A stretch of DNA of 63,975 nt, filler included, from Reclinomonas americana ATCC 50394 (taxonomy: Eukaryota): NCBI GenBank assembly GCA_048213135.1. It is 6 parts of 4 records of this genome, joined end to end, with 100 filler letters (N's around TTAATTAATTAA, not from the genome) between each part and the next. Parts side by side here need not be neighbours in the genome. Positions count along the whole stretch, not along the records: positions 1 to 26,119 come from PS015097.1; positions 26,220 to 33,012 come from PS015098.1; positions 33,113 to 40,361 come from PS015099.1; 3 more parts are not named here. One strand, written 5' to 3'. Position 1 is the first letter of the stretch, and every line of letters begins with the position of its first letter. The notes beneath the pieces are model-generated. The model worked only from the letters and a program-made list of their open reading frames with translations. It searched no databases and had not been told where the DNA came from. Positions 25,160 to 37,707 of the stretch are shown here, piece by piece. The translations under genes were made by a program, and so were the position numbers.

Positions 25160-26119
25160 AGCGAGAGAGGGGAAGAAGGAACAATGCAACAGGGACAACT
25201 CACAGAGACGTCCGAGCCTTGCGATGCATGCACCGGCGATGGTGGGAGACAGGGAGAGAGAGACAGCTCTCCATTTGAGCGGGATCACCGATCGTGCTGC
25301 TGAACAGACACAATGAATGAATGAGTGAGCGAGGAGAGCGGGGGAGGGAGGGAGAAGGAACAATGCAACGTTAACAGGGACAACTCACAGAGACGTCCGA
25401 GCCTTGCGATGCATGCACTGGCGATGGGGGAGACAGGGAGAGAGAGACAGCTCTCCATTTGAGCAGGATCACGGATCGTGCTGCTGAACAGACACAATGG
25501 ATGAGTGAGTGAGGAGAGCGAGAGAAGGGGGAAGAAGGAACAATGCAACAGGGACGTCGACAACTCACAGAGACGTCCGAGCCTTGCGATGCATGCATCG
25601 CGATCGGCGATGGTGAGACAGCTGCAGGGAGAGAGACAACTCTCCATTTGAGCAGGATAACGGATCGTGCTGCTGAACAGACACAATGGATGAATGACTG
25701 AGCGAGGAGAGCGAGGGAGGGGAAGAAGGAACAATGCAACAGGGACAACGTTAACTCACAGAGACGTCCGAACCTTGCGATGCATGCACCGGCGATGGTG
25801 GGAGACAGGGAGAGAGAGACAGCTCTCCATTTGAGCAGGATCACGGATCGTGCTGCTGAACAGACACAATGGATGAATGACTGAGCGAGGAGAGCGAGGG
25901 AGGAGAAGAAGGAACAATGCAACACAGGCAACTCACACAGACGTCCGAACCTTGCGATGCATGCACCGGCGATAGTGGGGACAGGGAGAGAGACAACTCT
26001 CCATTTGAGCAAAATCATGGATCGTGCTGCTCAACAGACACAATGAATGAATGAGTGAGTGAGGAGCGAGGGAGGGGGAGAAGGAACAATGCAACTGGGA
26101 CAACTCACAGAGACGTCCG
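25160..26119. repeat. About 180-bp tandem repeat, more than 5 copies, running into the scaffold end
   Basis: aacaatgcaac recurs near 25180, 25359, 25539, 25730, 25913 and 26085. Confidence 0.92.
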
Positions 26120-26219
26120 NNNNNNNNNNNNNNNNNNNNNNNNNNNNNNNNNNNNNNNNNNNNTTAATTAATTAANNNNNNNNNNNNNNNNNNNNNNNNN
26201 NNNNNNNNNNNNNNNNNNN
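26120..26219. other. Artificial scaffold linker (N-TTAATTAATTAA-N); also at 33013-33112, 40362-40461, 47426-47525, 62399-62498
   Basis: Identical 100-nt blocks with a six-frame stop cassette in the centre. Confidence 0.97.
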
Positions 26220-26321
<102 letters not shown>

Positions 26322-27616
26322 GAGAGTAGTAAGAGAGTGAAAGAGCATTAAAAACGGGCTTGACAGCCTCAAGGGGAGAGCCACTGAGAGAATGAGAAAG
26401 AAGAATGCACAATCACGAAAACGGATTTGAAGAAAGGCAACAGGCTCAGAGAGAAAGAGTGAGAGATCGAGAGAGTAGTAAGAGAGTGAAAGAGCATTAT
26501 AAACAGGCTTGACACCCTCATGAGCTCAGGGAGAGAGCCTCTGAGATTGCAGAATGCAATGAAAACGGATTTGACGAGAAGCGTGTGAAGCAGCAAGTCA
26601 GGCTCACAGAGAGAGAGAGAGAGAGACTCAATGTGTGTAAGCTTGTGAATGTGTGTGCATGTGTGTGTGAGAGAGAGAGAGAGAGTGACTGTGGTGTTGT
26701 CAATCGTCGATTTCAACGGACCCGTTGTCGGCCAAATGTCGCATGATGATAATCATGATGGCCTTGCGTCGCTCCTGAATCTTCTTTTCTTCCTACACAG
26801 ACACACAAACACACACACATGAGTGTAAGAGACACAGACTCACACACACTCAGTCTGTGTCTGTGAGAGAGCACAAGAGACTCACCGAGTCACGCGCAGC
26901 GCTCTCCATTTTCATGTTGGCCAGCTGTGTGTATGTCGTGTGTGTGAGTGGTTGTCTTTCTCTGTTTGTTTGTGAGAGAAGACGAGACCTGCATGAGCTG
27001 GCGCTCGGCGAGGGCCATGATTGATTGGTGGGACAAGACGCGACGTTCTTCTCGGTGAGATAAGCTCCAAGAGCAAGTCTCTGAACTCTCTGGAATCGCG
27101 CTCAACGCTTCACAAGTGTAGTACGTTCTTAATGACTCACTTCGCGTCACGCATGAATGCAGAGCGTCTGCTTGTCAAGGTGCACCTGTGTGCCTTGACT
27201 GTTGTGTTCCTTCAAGGATGGGTCACCTGTCACGTCCTCCCATCTCGTAAACCTTGCGTTGACTCTTGATCCGAACCGTCACCTGTGCGCAAAGGTAGAG
27301 GACCTTTGACCCGTGACCCTTCTCCTTGAGCCTCCTCACCTGTTCACAGACTTGACCCTTGGCAGGCAGACATGAAAGCTGTTTGCGTATAGCTGTATCC
27401 CCACCTGGTCCATAACTGCAATGTTGTGCCACACCTCATAGTGGCCGTACCATCAAGCCAATCACGATCATGTCCCGCAACGGCGATAATCTCCTCTCCT
27501 CACACAGACTGACCATTCACGTGTCCACGACGAGGTTCCTCTGTGCGTGCTTCACTCAAACGAATACAGGAGTCTCCATAAGACGACAAACAACAACAAC
27601 TTGGGCTGTGGGCTTC

Positions 27617-30600
27617 TCAAGGCTCAATCTTGGCGTACACGGCGGCAATCCTGCAATATTCAGGCAATGAGCAACAGCAATCATGTGGAGGAGAAGCACG
27701 GACGCAAGACGCACTGCTCGGCGTAGCGGCGAGCCAGAATGGCGCGCTTGATCTTCATTCTGTAACACCAACAACAACGTGAGAACCGAAGCCACGGGCC
27801 GGAGCAAGCACAGCACACCACGCAACGTTGGGGTCAGCGCGTCGTTCTCCACCGTCCACGCTTCGCCGTCGATAATGACGGCGGCCGGGATCTCGAAGCT
27901 GTGCAGCTGCTCCACCAAACAGAGATGATGAGAAAAAAGGCGACTCGTTCAACCTCAGAAAGATCAACCACCACCCACCTTCTCGCCCTGTGCCACCTCG
28001 CGTATTTGAGCCATAATGTCGCCGGCAAGGCGCTCAGAGTGCTCCGGCAGCGCGACCGTTTGCACCATGTTCTACGAGTAAAGAGTGAGAAGAAGGGATA
28101 TGAGTTGTCGATTCTCTCGCCAATCAAGTACCTTGCCAGGCACAGGCTCAATGTTGTGGGCCTTTGCCCATGCACCAATGTTGTCCTCGCTCGGCACCAC
28201 AATGGCCATGATCTTGCTCTTGTGGCCGTCGCCGTGGATCATGATCTGACCAATCAGAGGGCAGCCGCCGCTGAACACGCCCTCTAGCTTCTCCGGTCTG
28301 CGCGCCACGAAAAAACGAGTGAGTCGGGTGTGCTGAGAAGACGACTGGCCGCAACGTGATTTGCACGCAACGCAATGTACTCGCCCAGCGAGTTCTTCAT
28401 GATCGACTTGGCGCGATCCACAATGGCAAACGTGCCGTTGGGGAACACGCGCGCAATGTCGCCGGTGCGGAACCAGCTGTGGATTGGAGAAAAGTTAGGC
28501 GAAGTATGTCACACAAGGTGCGTCTATGAATGACACTGACCCGTCGGTGAGGAACACCTCGGCGGTCTTCTCCGGCTCCTTGTAGTAGCCCTTGGACACG
28601 TTCGGGCCGCGGATGCACAGCTCGCCGTACTGGGGAATTGGGGGGAGGGGAGGGGAGAGGTCAATGAAAGAGTCGCAGAGACGAAAGTAACAGAAAGAGA
28701 CGATGAATGACGATCGAGCACACGTAGAGAGAGAGAGAGAGAGAGAGAGAAGGAGAGAAGATTGAGCAGCATGTGTTCAAGACAACGCCGACAGAGAAAA
28801 GGAGAGACAGAAGGACCGACACACAGCGCGAAAGGGAAAAGAGAAAAGGAAACGGAGAGAACAGAACAACACGACGACACCGTCAGAGAGGGGGAAACTG
28901 ACATGAAAGAGAAAGCCAGCTGGCAATGAGCGCGCTGAAGAACCAGAACGAGAGGAAGAACAATACGGCACGCACACAGAAGAAGAACAACACTACGAAA
29001 GAGGAACAAAGAAGACCGGCATGCTCAAGCACGGGAAACGAGAAAGCAAAAGGAACATACCTCGGGCAGGCGGTACGGTCCAAAGTCCGACGCGTCAAGG
29101 AACTTGATTTCTGTGGTCAACCACCATGTCAGTCACAACATCACAGAGAATGCGATAAGAGACGAGGCAGATCACCGCACCGCAGCACGGGATGGGACCA
29201 CCGAGAATGCCGGACGACAGATCGGTAGCGAGCTGGACTGTGGCACCGGCGCACTGCGAGGAGATCGATGAGTAACACCATGAGAATCCTTGACTGCCAG
29301 GAAATAATCTCACCGTCTCCGTCAGACCGTAGCTGTATCGAGAGCACACAGCACACGTGAGTCAACTGAAAGATGGACAGAGGAGTTCACAAAGAGACAC
29401 ACACAGACGCACAATCTCCGCGACAACACGCACACTTATACAGACACGCATCAGCACGCACACAAACACAAAAGAGACGATAGGAAGCAATAAATGCACA
29501 AACAAACGCATGCAAACTCACATAAACCCACGACAACCTCACACGCAGCAAAGTGCACAAAACACACACTCACACGTGAAGCAACAATACACAAACATAG
29601 ACACGCAGCAAAACTCACGAAAATACACACAGACGTGAGGCAACGATGTACACACAATGCACAGATAGCACAACGACCCCGAAACACAGGGCTGACACAA
29701 TATCCGTCTCTCTCACGCGCACACACAACGCACAAGCAGCACAACAACCCAGAGACCCAGGCTGTTAGATCATCCTTAGACAATACACAGGCAGCACCAT
29801 ATCCCCGACACACATCATCCTTCCCTCCCTCCCTCTCCCTTCCTCCCTCCCTCCTCTCTCACCCTTGCACGACCGGGCAGCAGAACACACTGCGACGCAA
29901 CACGGGCAGTGAGCGACACCAACCAAACAACGTATCTTTGGACAACTGCACCACCACCACCACGCAACACACGCAGGAAGTCCTGAATGTCGGGTCGCAG
30001 CGGTCCGCCACCGCTGATAATGGTGTGCACCTCGCCGCCGAGACGACTCTTTGTCTTGGAAAAGACGAGCTTGTCGTAGATGGGAGTGGAATCGACGACT
30101 CCTGTGCACGGTCATACTCAAATTCAGAGTCACCATACAAAAAAACAATAGTCACCGATCGCAAATGCATCGACTTACCCTCCTTCAACAGTCGGAGCTT
30201 CTTGTCGAAACCCATGGTGAAGAGCTTGCGGCGGAGGAAGCTGGAGCCGTGCACCACGCTCCAGATCTTCTCGTGCAAACGCTCAAAGATGCGCGGCACA
30301 CCGATAAAGATGGTCGGCTTCAGCTCCTCAATGTCACTGATCAGGTTGCGCACGTCGCCAGAGAAGTAGCCGACGGCACCGCCCATAGCCAGGATGCCGG
30401 CCTCGGCCACACGCTCAAAGATGTGTGCCAGCGGCAGGAACGACAGCAGGCGCTCGCCGGGTGTGAAGGAGCGCAGGTTCATCTGGATGCCCGACACGGT
30501 GGCCATCATGTTGAGGTGGGTGATTTCCACGCCCTTTGGGGTGCCAGTGGTGCCACTGCACGATGATCATGATAATGATGAGTGGGGGGAGAGGGGAGAG

Positions 30601-32011
30601 AGAGACTTGTGAAAGATGTAAAGGGATGAGCGCCCACAGAAACGAGAGCGCCAACAGAAAGGGGAACCGATCACATGAACAAGAAGAGCGACCAAGCGAA
30701 GACGAGGGCATGGATGGACAAGGGTGCAGGGCGATTAAGCAGAAGAGTGAAGGAGAGACAATAAGAGATGGCAGTTAAAGTGGAGGGTTGGAGAAGAAAG
30801 AGAGAGAAAGAGGGAAAGAGTGCAGGGAAGTGCCAACTCGCTCTGACAAACACACACACATACAAGACAGACACAAGGCATCTCACCTCGTGTACATGAT
30901 AATGGCGGTGTCGGCGGGCTCCGGCGGCTCCTCTGCGCACGGCTCCTCGGTGCCCAGTTGCAGGACCTGGGCGGGGAGAAAAGGTTAGCGGGGAACGCAG
31001 GGATGGATTGTGATCTTAACTTCTCTCTCTCACACAAACCTCATCGTACGAGTGCACATGCTTGCCGTGCTCCTCGCACTTGGCGCGCACTTCGGGAGTG
31101 ATGGAGGCCGCGTCGAACACAATGACGGTGCGGAGGGCAGCGCACTGCGGCAGAATCTCCAGCAGCTTGGGCAGGCACTGGCCCGAGACGACCACAAACG
31201 ACGACTCGGAGTGGTTCACAATGTACTCGACGGCGTTCGGGCCGAGAGTGTCGTACAGAGCGACGGTGATGGCGCCGTGGCGGTAGCAAGCGTGTTCGCA
31301 CACCTGCCACTCGAGGCGGTTCTTGGAGTAGAAGCCCACCTGAAAGAGGGAAGGGGAGGGTGAGCAGGGGAAGGGGAAGACGGAAAGGGAGGGTGAGGGA
31401 GAGGGAGAGGGAAAGAAGGGGAGAAAATGGAAAGGAAGGGCAGGGGACGGGGCGAAGAACACAACCTTGCTGCAGGTGATGAATGTGAAGAGAAGGGCAT
31501 GAACTGAAAGTTGAAATTCGACTGGCGATAAGATCGTAGAGAAAACAAGACACATGATGGAGAGCGAGCGAGCGAGAGAGAGAGAGAGACAGAGACAGAG
31601 GGAGACAGAGAGAGAGAGAGAGTGACAGACAGACAGACAGAGAGAGAGAGAGAGAGAGAGAGAAACGACGCAGAGTCGGTCACAAGTTAACTGAAGGCTA
31701 GAGCAATAAGGTGATGGGATGGAGAGATGTGCAGACGAATGAGAAAACAAGCTTGTCGCGCAATGAGAATGACGGTGGGCGAGAAGAGAACAAACAGAAG
31801 GAACAGTTACGCAGTGGTTTTACATGTCGAAACCACAGCAACTGTTCGCCACCTCACCTTTTCACCGCGTCGCAGTCCGAGTGCCTTGAATCCGCTGCCA
31901 AACTTGCCGACCTTGTCCAGCACCTCTGCAAATGTCATCCACACAAAGGGTCCCTCGCCGTTGACGCGCAGGCCAACCGCATTGCCGTCGGGATTGGTCG
32001 CGTGGCCGCAC
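27617..32011 (-). CDS. ACSL: Long-chain acyl-CoA synthetase (AMP-binding family), about 15 exons, 5' end not found
   Basis: Spliced motifs [83 protein letters not shown] and LTPTMKIKR. Stop after [10 protein letters not shown]. Confidence 0.95.
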
Positions 32012-33112
32012 CTGTTTATCGGGAAAGGGTGAGGGAGAGCGGGAGAGGGAAAGAGAGGGAGAGGGGGAGGGAGAGGGAGAGGGAGAGGGAGAGGGAGAGG
32101 GAGAGGGAGAGGGAGAGGGAGAGAAAGAGAGAGGAGACGAGAAGTGAACACAAGCAATGGCAGAAACGAACAGATGGCGCAGGTCAGAAACGGTGAGAGG
32201 GAAACAGAAAGAGACTTGTGTACGCGTGCATGTGCGTGACAGGGTGGGCAAGAGAATGGGCATTGGAGCGATACTGGCAAATACAAAGGAGAGCCACGGG
32301 GAGGGAGAGAACGAAAAAAGAAATGGAGACTGCAGAGCGAGGGAACGAAAAGCGAGAGGGACAATGAAGCAAGCACTGCCAGAAACCAACAGAGGGCGCG
32401 GATCACGGGAGGGAGAGGGAGAGGGAAAGAATACCGGGAGTGAGTGACAAAGAATTGTCAGTCACGGAATCGTGAAAGACAACAGACACGAGTGCCACAG
32501 CTGGCACAATACACATACTCGTCTCTGACAACGAAAAAAAGGCACGAATGCGTACATGTGTCGAACAGCACAAAGACTTGTCAGCAATCTTTCTCCGATT
32601 GATCACTCTCTCACAAGACTCTCTGTGTACAAGTGAGAGTGTGCGTGGACTGTGGACTGGTGTGTGTGTGTGAAGTAGAGAGAGAGAGAGAGAATGGGGA
32701 CTGCAGCACCTTAACACAAGACTCTCTGTGTACAAGTGAGAGAGTGCGCGGACAGTGGACTGGTGTGAGACAAGAGACTGAAAGAAACAGAAATGAGGAA
32801 TGATCAATCGTCACTGTCTTCTCCCTCTCTCTCACATACACTCGCTCTCTCTCTCTCTCTCTCTCACTCACACACTCTCTCACACACACACACACTCATC
32901 CTGTATCAGTGTCGGGAGAGAGTCGGAGATCGGAGCAATCTCTCTCTCACACACACTCAGTCTCTCTCTCTCTCTTATGTGTATGTGTGTGTGTGAGAGA
33001 GTCAAGAGAAAANNNNNNNNNNNNNNNNNNNNNNNNNNNNNNNNNNNNNNNNNNNNTTAATTAATTAANNNNNNNNNNNNNNNNNNNNNNNNNNNNNNNN
33101 NNNNNNNNNNNN

Positions 33113-35583
33113 GAATGGCCGCCTGGCTGTGATCCAGTTGGAGGAAGGTGAATCCGAGAAGCAGCGAGGTCATGATCGCCTGCATGAACTTCACAAAGGA
33201 GAGCAGCGGGTTCTTCAAGATGTTGCGCACGTCGCGCTGCAGCAGCGCCGTATATTGCATGAACCACGTGGCCTGCAATCGTGACAGTCAGCACACTGAT
33301 CGCCTTGCGTAACTATGGCCTTTAGTACACAACTTGGTCGTTGGCCTTGGTCCTCGACACGGGTGGGGCGCCGGGCGATTGCGTCGACTTGCGGATGCTG
33401 TCCGCGACCTGTAGCACACGGAGGTGAGTGGATGGAATGAGCGTGTTCTCAACAATGTGCACAACACGCACTCGGCGATGATCGGGAGAGTTCTCGTAGA
33501 GTCCGCGCATGCGATCCGATTCGCCTTGCGGGTTTTCGGCCTTGTGGAACGTCAGCACATCCACTGGAGAGGCGATAGTAAGCAGGTGATAGGGATACAA
33601 TGGGCGGTGGGGAGAGGGCACACGCACGTAGATGGTCGGGCGCCGAGGTGAGGTTGTCGCACGGGTAACCGGCCGCCTCGAAAACCGGCACCGACTGCAA
33701 CGCGTCGCCGTGATACACGACAACACCTCTGCGAGGGGAGAAAAATAAGTGCGGTGGCGGAAAGCTGTGCAGAGTGGCACGACGTACCGGCTGAGCAGCA
33801 GCAGCTCGTCGAACATCTTGAAGATGGCCGAGCGCGGCTGGTGAATCGTGGTGACAATGGTGCGTCCGCCGGCCGCCAGACGATTGATCACCTCCATGAT
33901 TTCGAGGGCGGTCGACGCATCCAGGCCACTCGTCTGCCGACATGCGCAATTTGCATTGTTAAAAACAATGTCGGCGACGAGATGGTCAAGAAAAGAACGC
34001 AACTGGCTCGTCGAGGAACAAAATGGCGGGTCGCGAAAGGAGTTCCACAGCAATGGAGACACTGCAAGGGAAAGGCGCCTGTGAGAGGGGAGCGCACAGA
34101 AAGGGGCCCCTGCACGGAAACCACTCACCGCTTACGCTCGCCACCCGACACTCCGCGGATAAAGGTATCGCCCACCAGCGTGTGCTCGGCGCGCTCCAGG
34201 AGCAGATCCTTGATGAGGGTGTCCACCTGCGCCAGAGCACGCGAGAATATTAGTACACCAAGAAAACAAGAGCGCTGTGCTGGCGGGGAGGCGAACCTCA
34301 GTCTTGCGCTGCTCCTCGGTGTAGTGCCTCGGCAGCTTCAGCTTGGCGTAGAACTCGAGTGTCTGGCGCACCGTCTGGGTGCCCATCAGCTGCAATGCGA
34401 GCATGTCAGCACAAAGAGAAGGGAAGGGAGGGGAAGAAGAGAAGGGAGAGAAAGAAGGGAAAGGAGAGGAAGAAGGGAAGGGGGAGAATGACTAGCAATG
34501 CGACGATTAAGTGAAGGAAGAGGAGGGCGAGGATGACGAGAAGGGCAGGGCGAGAAAGAGACGGGCGAGGAATAGAAGGGAGCCGGCAGGGCAAGAATGA
34601 AGAGAAAGCACAAAGAAGAAGAAGAAGAAGGAAAAGGCGAGGATGAAGAGAAAGGAGGGGAAGAAGTGAATGGCGAGGAAGATGGGAAGAGTGAGCAAGT
34701 TTGGAAAGACGAAATGGAAACGACTGCCAGTGATCTGAAGACACGAGCACGACTCCCACATAGACACACACCTGCTCGTACTGCTGCACGTAGCCCGACA
34801 CCTTCTGGAACTCCCTGCGCGCACAATGCAGTGAACATGGATCGAAATCCCTTCGAACGACACCACCAAAAAAACGCAACGATTTCGTCACCGGGTGTCC
34901 ATTGAGTCGAATCGTGCCGCTCGTCATGGGCTTCCGGAACGCCAAAATGTCCAACAAGCTCGTCTTGCCCTGCGCGCGCGCGGAGTCAGTTTCTCACCAA
35001 ATGCGACACATACACGAAAAGATACTCACAGCTCCGCTGGGACCCATGCATGCCAAAACTGTCGTCGACGAATGAATGAGAAACGACGCACAAAGAGAGT
35101 GAGAGTGGGGAAACGCAACAGTGTCCAGGCGCGACGACTCCACTGACATTGTCGAGGATGCGTTTGGTCGACTTTTTACCCTCGATTACCACCTATAACG
35201 GGAGGTCAGTGTTGCACACCACAAACTGTGAAGAGTGGTCGACGCCCTCACCTCTGCATCGAGGCAAATATTCTCAAAGGTGAGCGTCACTGGTGTGAAC
35301 TCGCCCAGTGTGCTGTGATGGTGATCGATATCTCCTCCAGCAGAGGGCGCCACATGAGGATCGCGCGATTGCTGCTGGTGTGATTGCATGAGCACACACA
35401 AGTCACTGTCCCTCTCTCACTTACTCACACACTCACCAGCTCAATGTCGGTGCCTGGCGAGTGATGACGTGTGTTGCCTCCGGAAGGCACAGGAGGCAGA
35501 GGCTCAGTGTAGCGCGGCGAGGGAGGCGCCACGTCTTCGAGATCTCGGCGAGGTGACTCGCGGATCGCTGAGGGGTCTTGCAT
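33113..35583 (-). CDS. ABCG: ABCG (White-like) transporter, NBD and start of TMD; 3' end cut by linker
   Basis: Walker [22 protein letters not shown], signature [12 protein letters not shown], Walker B ILFLDEP|TSGLD, TIHQPRS. Putative start MQDPSAIRE at 35583. Confidence 0.95.
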
Positions 35584-36126
35584 GCTTGCTCACACAGAAA
35601 GAGAGTGAAAGTGCGTGTGCGTGTACTCGACAGAAAGCGATCGTGTGCTTGACGTTTGCGCGCACGAGTGAGACAAAGAATGTTTGTTTCAGTCGGGTGT
35701 CGGAGTTTGTCCGAGAGCCGGGAACACCGGCGCGGTTCTTTGTCTAAAGGCTGTGTGGTGTTGGTTGAGGAGGGCCTTGTGCGTGCGTGCGCAGACTGCT
35801 GGCTCCGGCGCGGTTGCAGGCGAGCGCGCGATCATCGTCGAATTTGCGCATGATATCGAATGCATCGATCGCGATCGATGGCATCGGCGAGTCCGCGAAG
35901 CCGCTTGGCGCTTGTGTGGTGCACGCGATCGGTGCGGTACATCGCGTTGCTCGGTGTGGAAAACAAGCGCCGTTTTTGGGCTGCGCGTGTTCGAAGTCGA
36001 TGTCGATGTCGATGTCGACTTGCTTTGTGTTGCAGCCAGCTTGGCCCAACTGCAGCCTTTGGTCACAGCTGGTGAACCGCATGTGCGCGCGTGTCCTGTC
36101 ACGCATTCCACATTCTTTGATTAATC
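35584..36126. promoter_or_regulatory. Putative bidirectional promoter between ABCG and the nucleoside hydrolase
   Basis: 543 bp between divergent ATGs, CpG-rich, with a central perfect 18-bp palindrome at 35863-35880. Confidence 0.45.
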
Positions 36127-37656
36127 ATGGCCAGCAGTGGCGATCGTGACGATGAACGCACTCTCCTTGTGATTGACACGGATGCAGGTCTCTCTCTCCC
36201 TCCGTTCCGCCACTCTTCGCTCTCCCTCTGCTCACTCACACTCGCGCGTACACAGGAATTGATGACGCACAGGCGCTGATGATCGCCCTCGCCGCTGCGC
36301 AGACTCCCGCACTCAACACCGACGTCTACGCCATCACGTGTGTCACTGGCAATGTGCATGGTGCGTGAGCGAGAACACTGATTGTGATCATGTTGCTCAT
36401 TGCATTCCTCGCAGTCGATCTGGTGGCGCAGAATGTCGTCGATGTCGTGGCGCAGTTCGGCCTCTCAGTCAGCGCTGATGGAGATGCGTCGACACCCGCC
36501 AGCATGCGCGTCTTCAAAGGCTGCCAGCGAGCTCTTATCGAGAATGGTGATGGCGCCGGTGACTGGCACGGCAAGGTCTGTTGTTGCTTTTTCATCGTGT
36601 TCCGCTCCGAGCGCTCAGCAAGTGACTGTCGGTGGCGAATAGGATGGTCTCGGCGACCGCGATCTATCGGCGTTTCCGCGCACCGAGGGCGTTGTGTTCC
36701 CGCGTGAGCACGCAGCAGTGGCGCTCGTGCGCATGTTGAACGAGCGACCGCACGAACTGACGCTGGTGGCGCTCGGGCCGCTCACCAATCTCGCCATGGC
36801 GGCGCGCCTGGATCCGGCATGTCCGAGTCTCGCCAAGCGTGTGGTCATCATGGGCGGCACCATGAGCAATCGCGGCAACAAGGTGCGGGTGATCCTCTCT
36901 TTCTCTCGCGCCATGACTTCTCTCATCATGTGTGCGTGACCGCGCAGACCATGGCGGCCGAGTACAACTTTGCGCACGACCCCGAGGCGGCGCACATTGT
37001 GTTCGACGCGTTTCCGATGGTGGAGCTGGCGTCGTGGGAGCTCACGTGCGATCACGGATTGCCGCGTGAGTTTGTCGTCGGCGAGTTGTTCGCTGCCGGC
37101 TCAACATCGGCGCGGGCGCGCTTCTTTGCCGCGTTCACCCAGCACCTGCTCGACGTGGGTGCCACGTCGGTGTACCAGTCGCTGCCGATGCTCATTCCCG
37201 ACCCGCTAGCCATGATTGCGGCCATTTGCCCGACGTCGGTGATTGACTCGGAGAACAAGTATGCCGCAGTGGAGCTGGTGAGCGGTGAAGGAGTGGAGGG
37301 TTGCATGTGCTGTGGGGATCTCACACCGGTGGCGCGCAGGGTGGCATGTTTTCACGCGGTGCCGTGGTCATCGATTGGGATGGTGAGCGGAGATGCGCAC
37401 AGTGTTCTCTTCTCTCGCCACTCATGATTTTGGTGTTGTGGGAACAGGTATGCACGCCAGTGCACCAAAGCGCCACCCCGACGGCGTGTACCACCCCGGC
37501 AATGTCGTATCCGTGCAGCCCAACGTTGCGACACACCCACTTGACACTCTTCCACAGCTGCCTCTCTCACACATCCCCGTGCAGGTGCGACTTATTCGAC
37601 GCATGGACATGGAGGTGATCAAGGACATGTTCCGCCTGGCCGTCGGCGCATCCTAA
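36127..37656 (+). CDS. Inosine-uridine preferring nucleoside hydrolase family protein (multi-exon)
   Basis: VIDTDA|GIDDAQAL (DxDxGxDD), ITCVTGNV, WHGK|DGLGD, LGPLTNLA, IMGG, AEYNFAHDPEAA, IPDPLAM. Confidence 0.95.
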
Positions 37657-37707
37657 ATCTCACTGAAGTAAAAGAAAAAATGTGCTCGCATTCACTCCCC
37701 GCGTGCC

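Noticed and set aside
25160-26119. CRISPR-like or protein-repeat reading of the 180-bp array (ORF 25371-26018)
   Set aside because: The whole unit repeats with no unique spacers, there are no cas genes, the context is eukaryotic, and unit indels break the frame.
26164-26175. TTAATTAATTAA palindromes within N runs (5 sites)
   Set aside because: Artificial six-frame-stop linkers used to concatenate scaffolds. Gene neighbourhoods across them, such as WD40 array with CSN4, cannot be interpreted.
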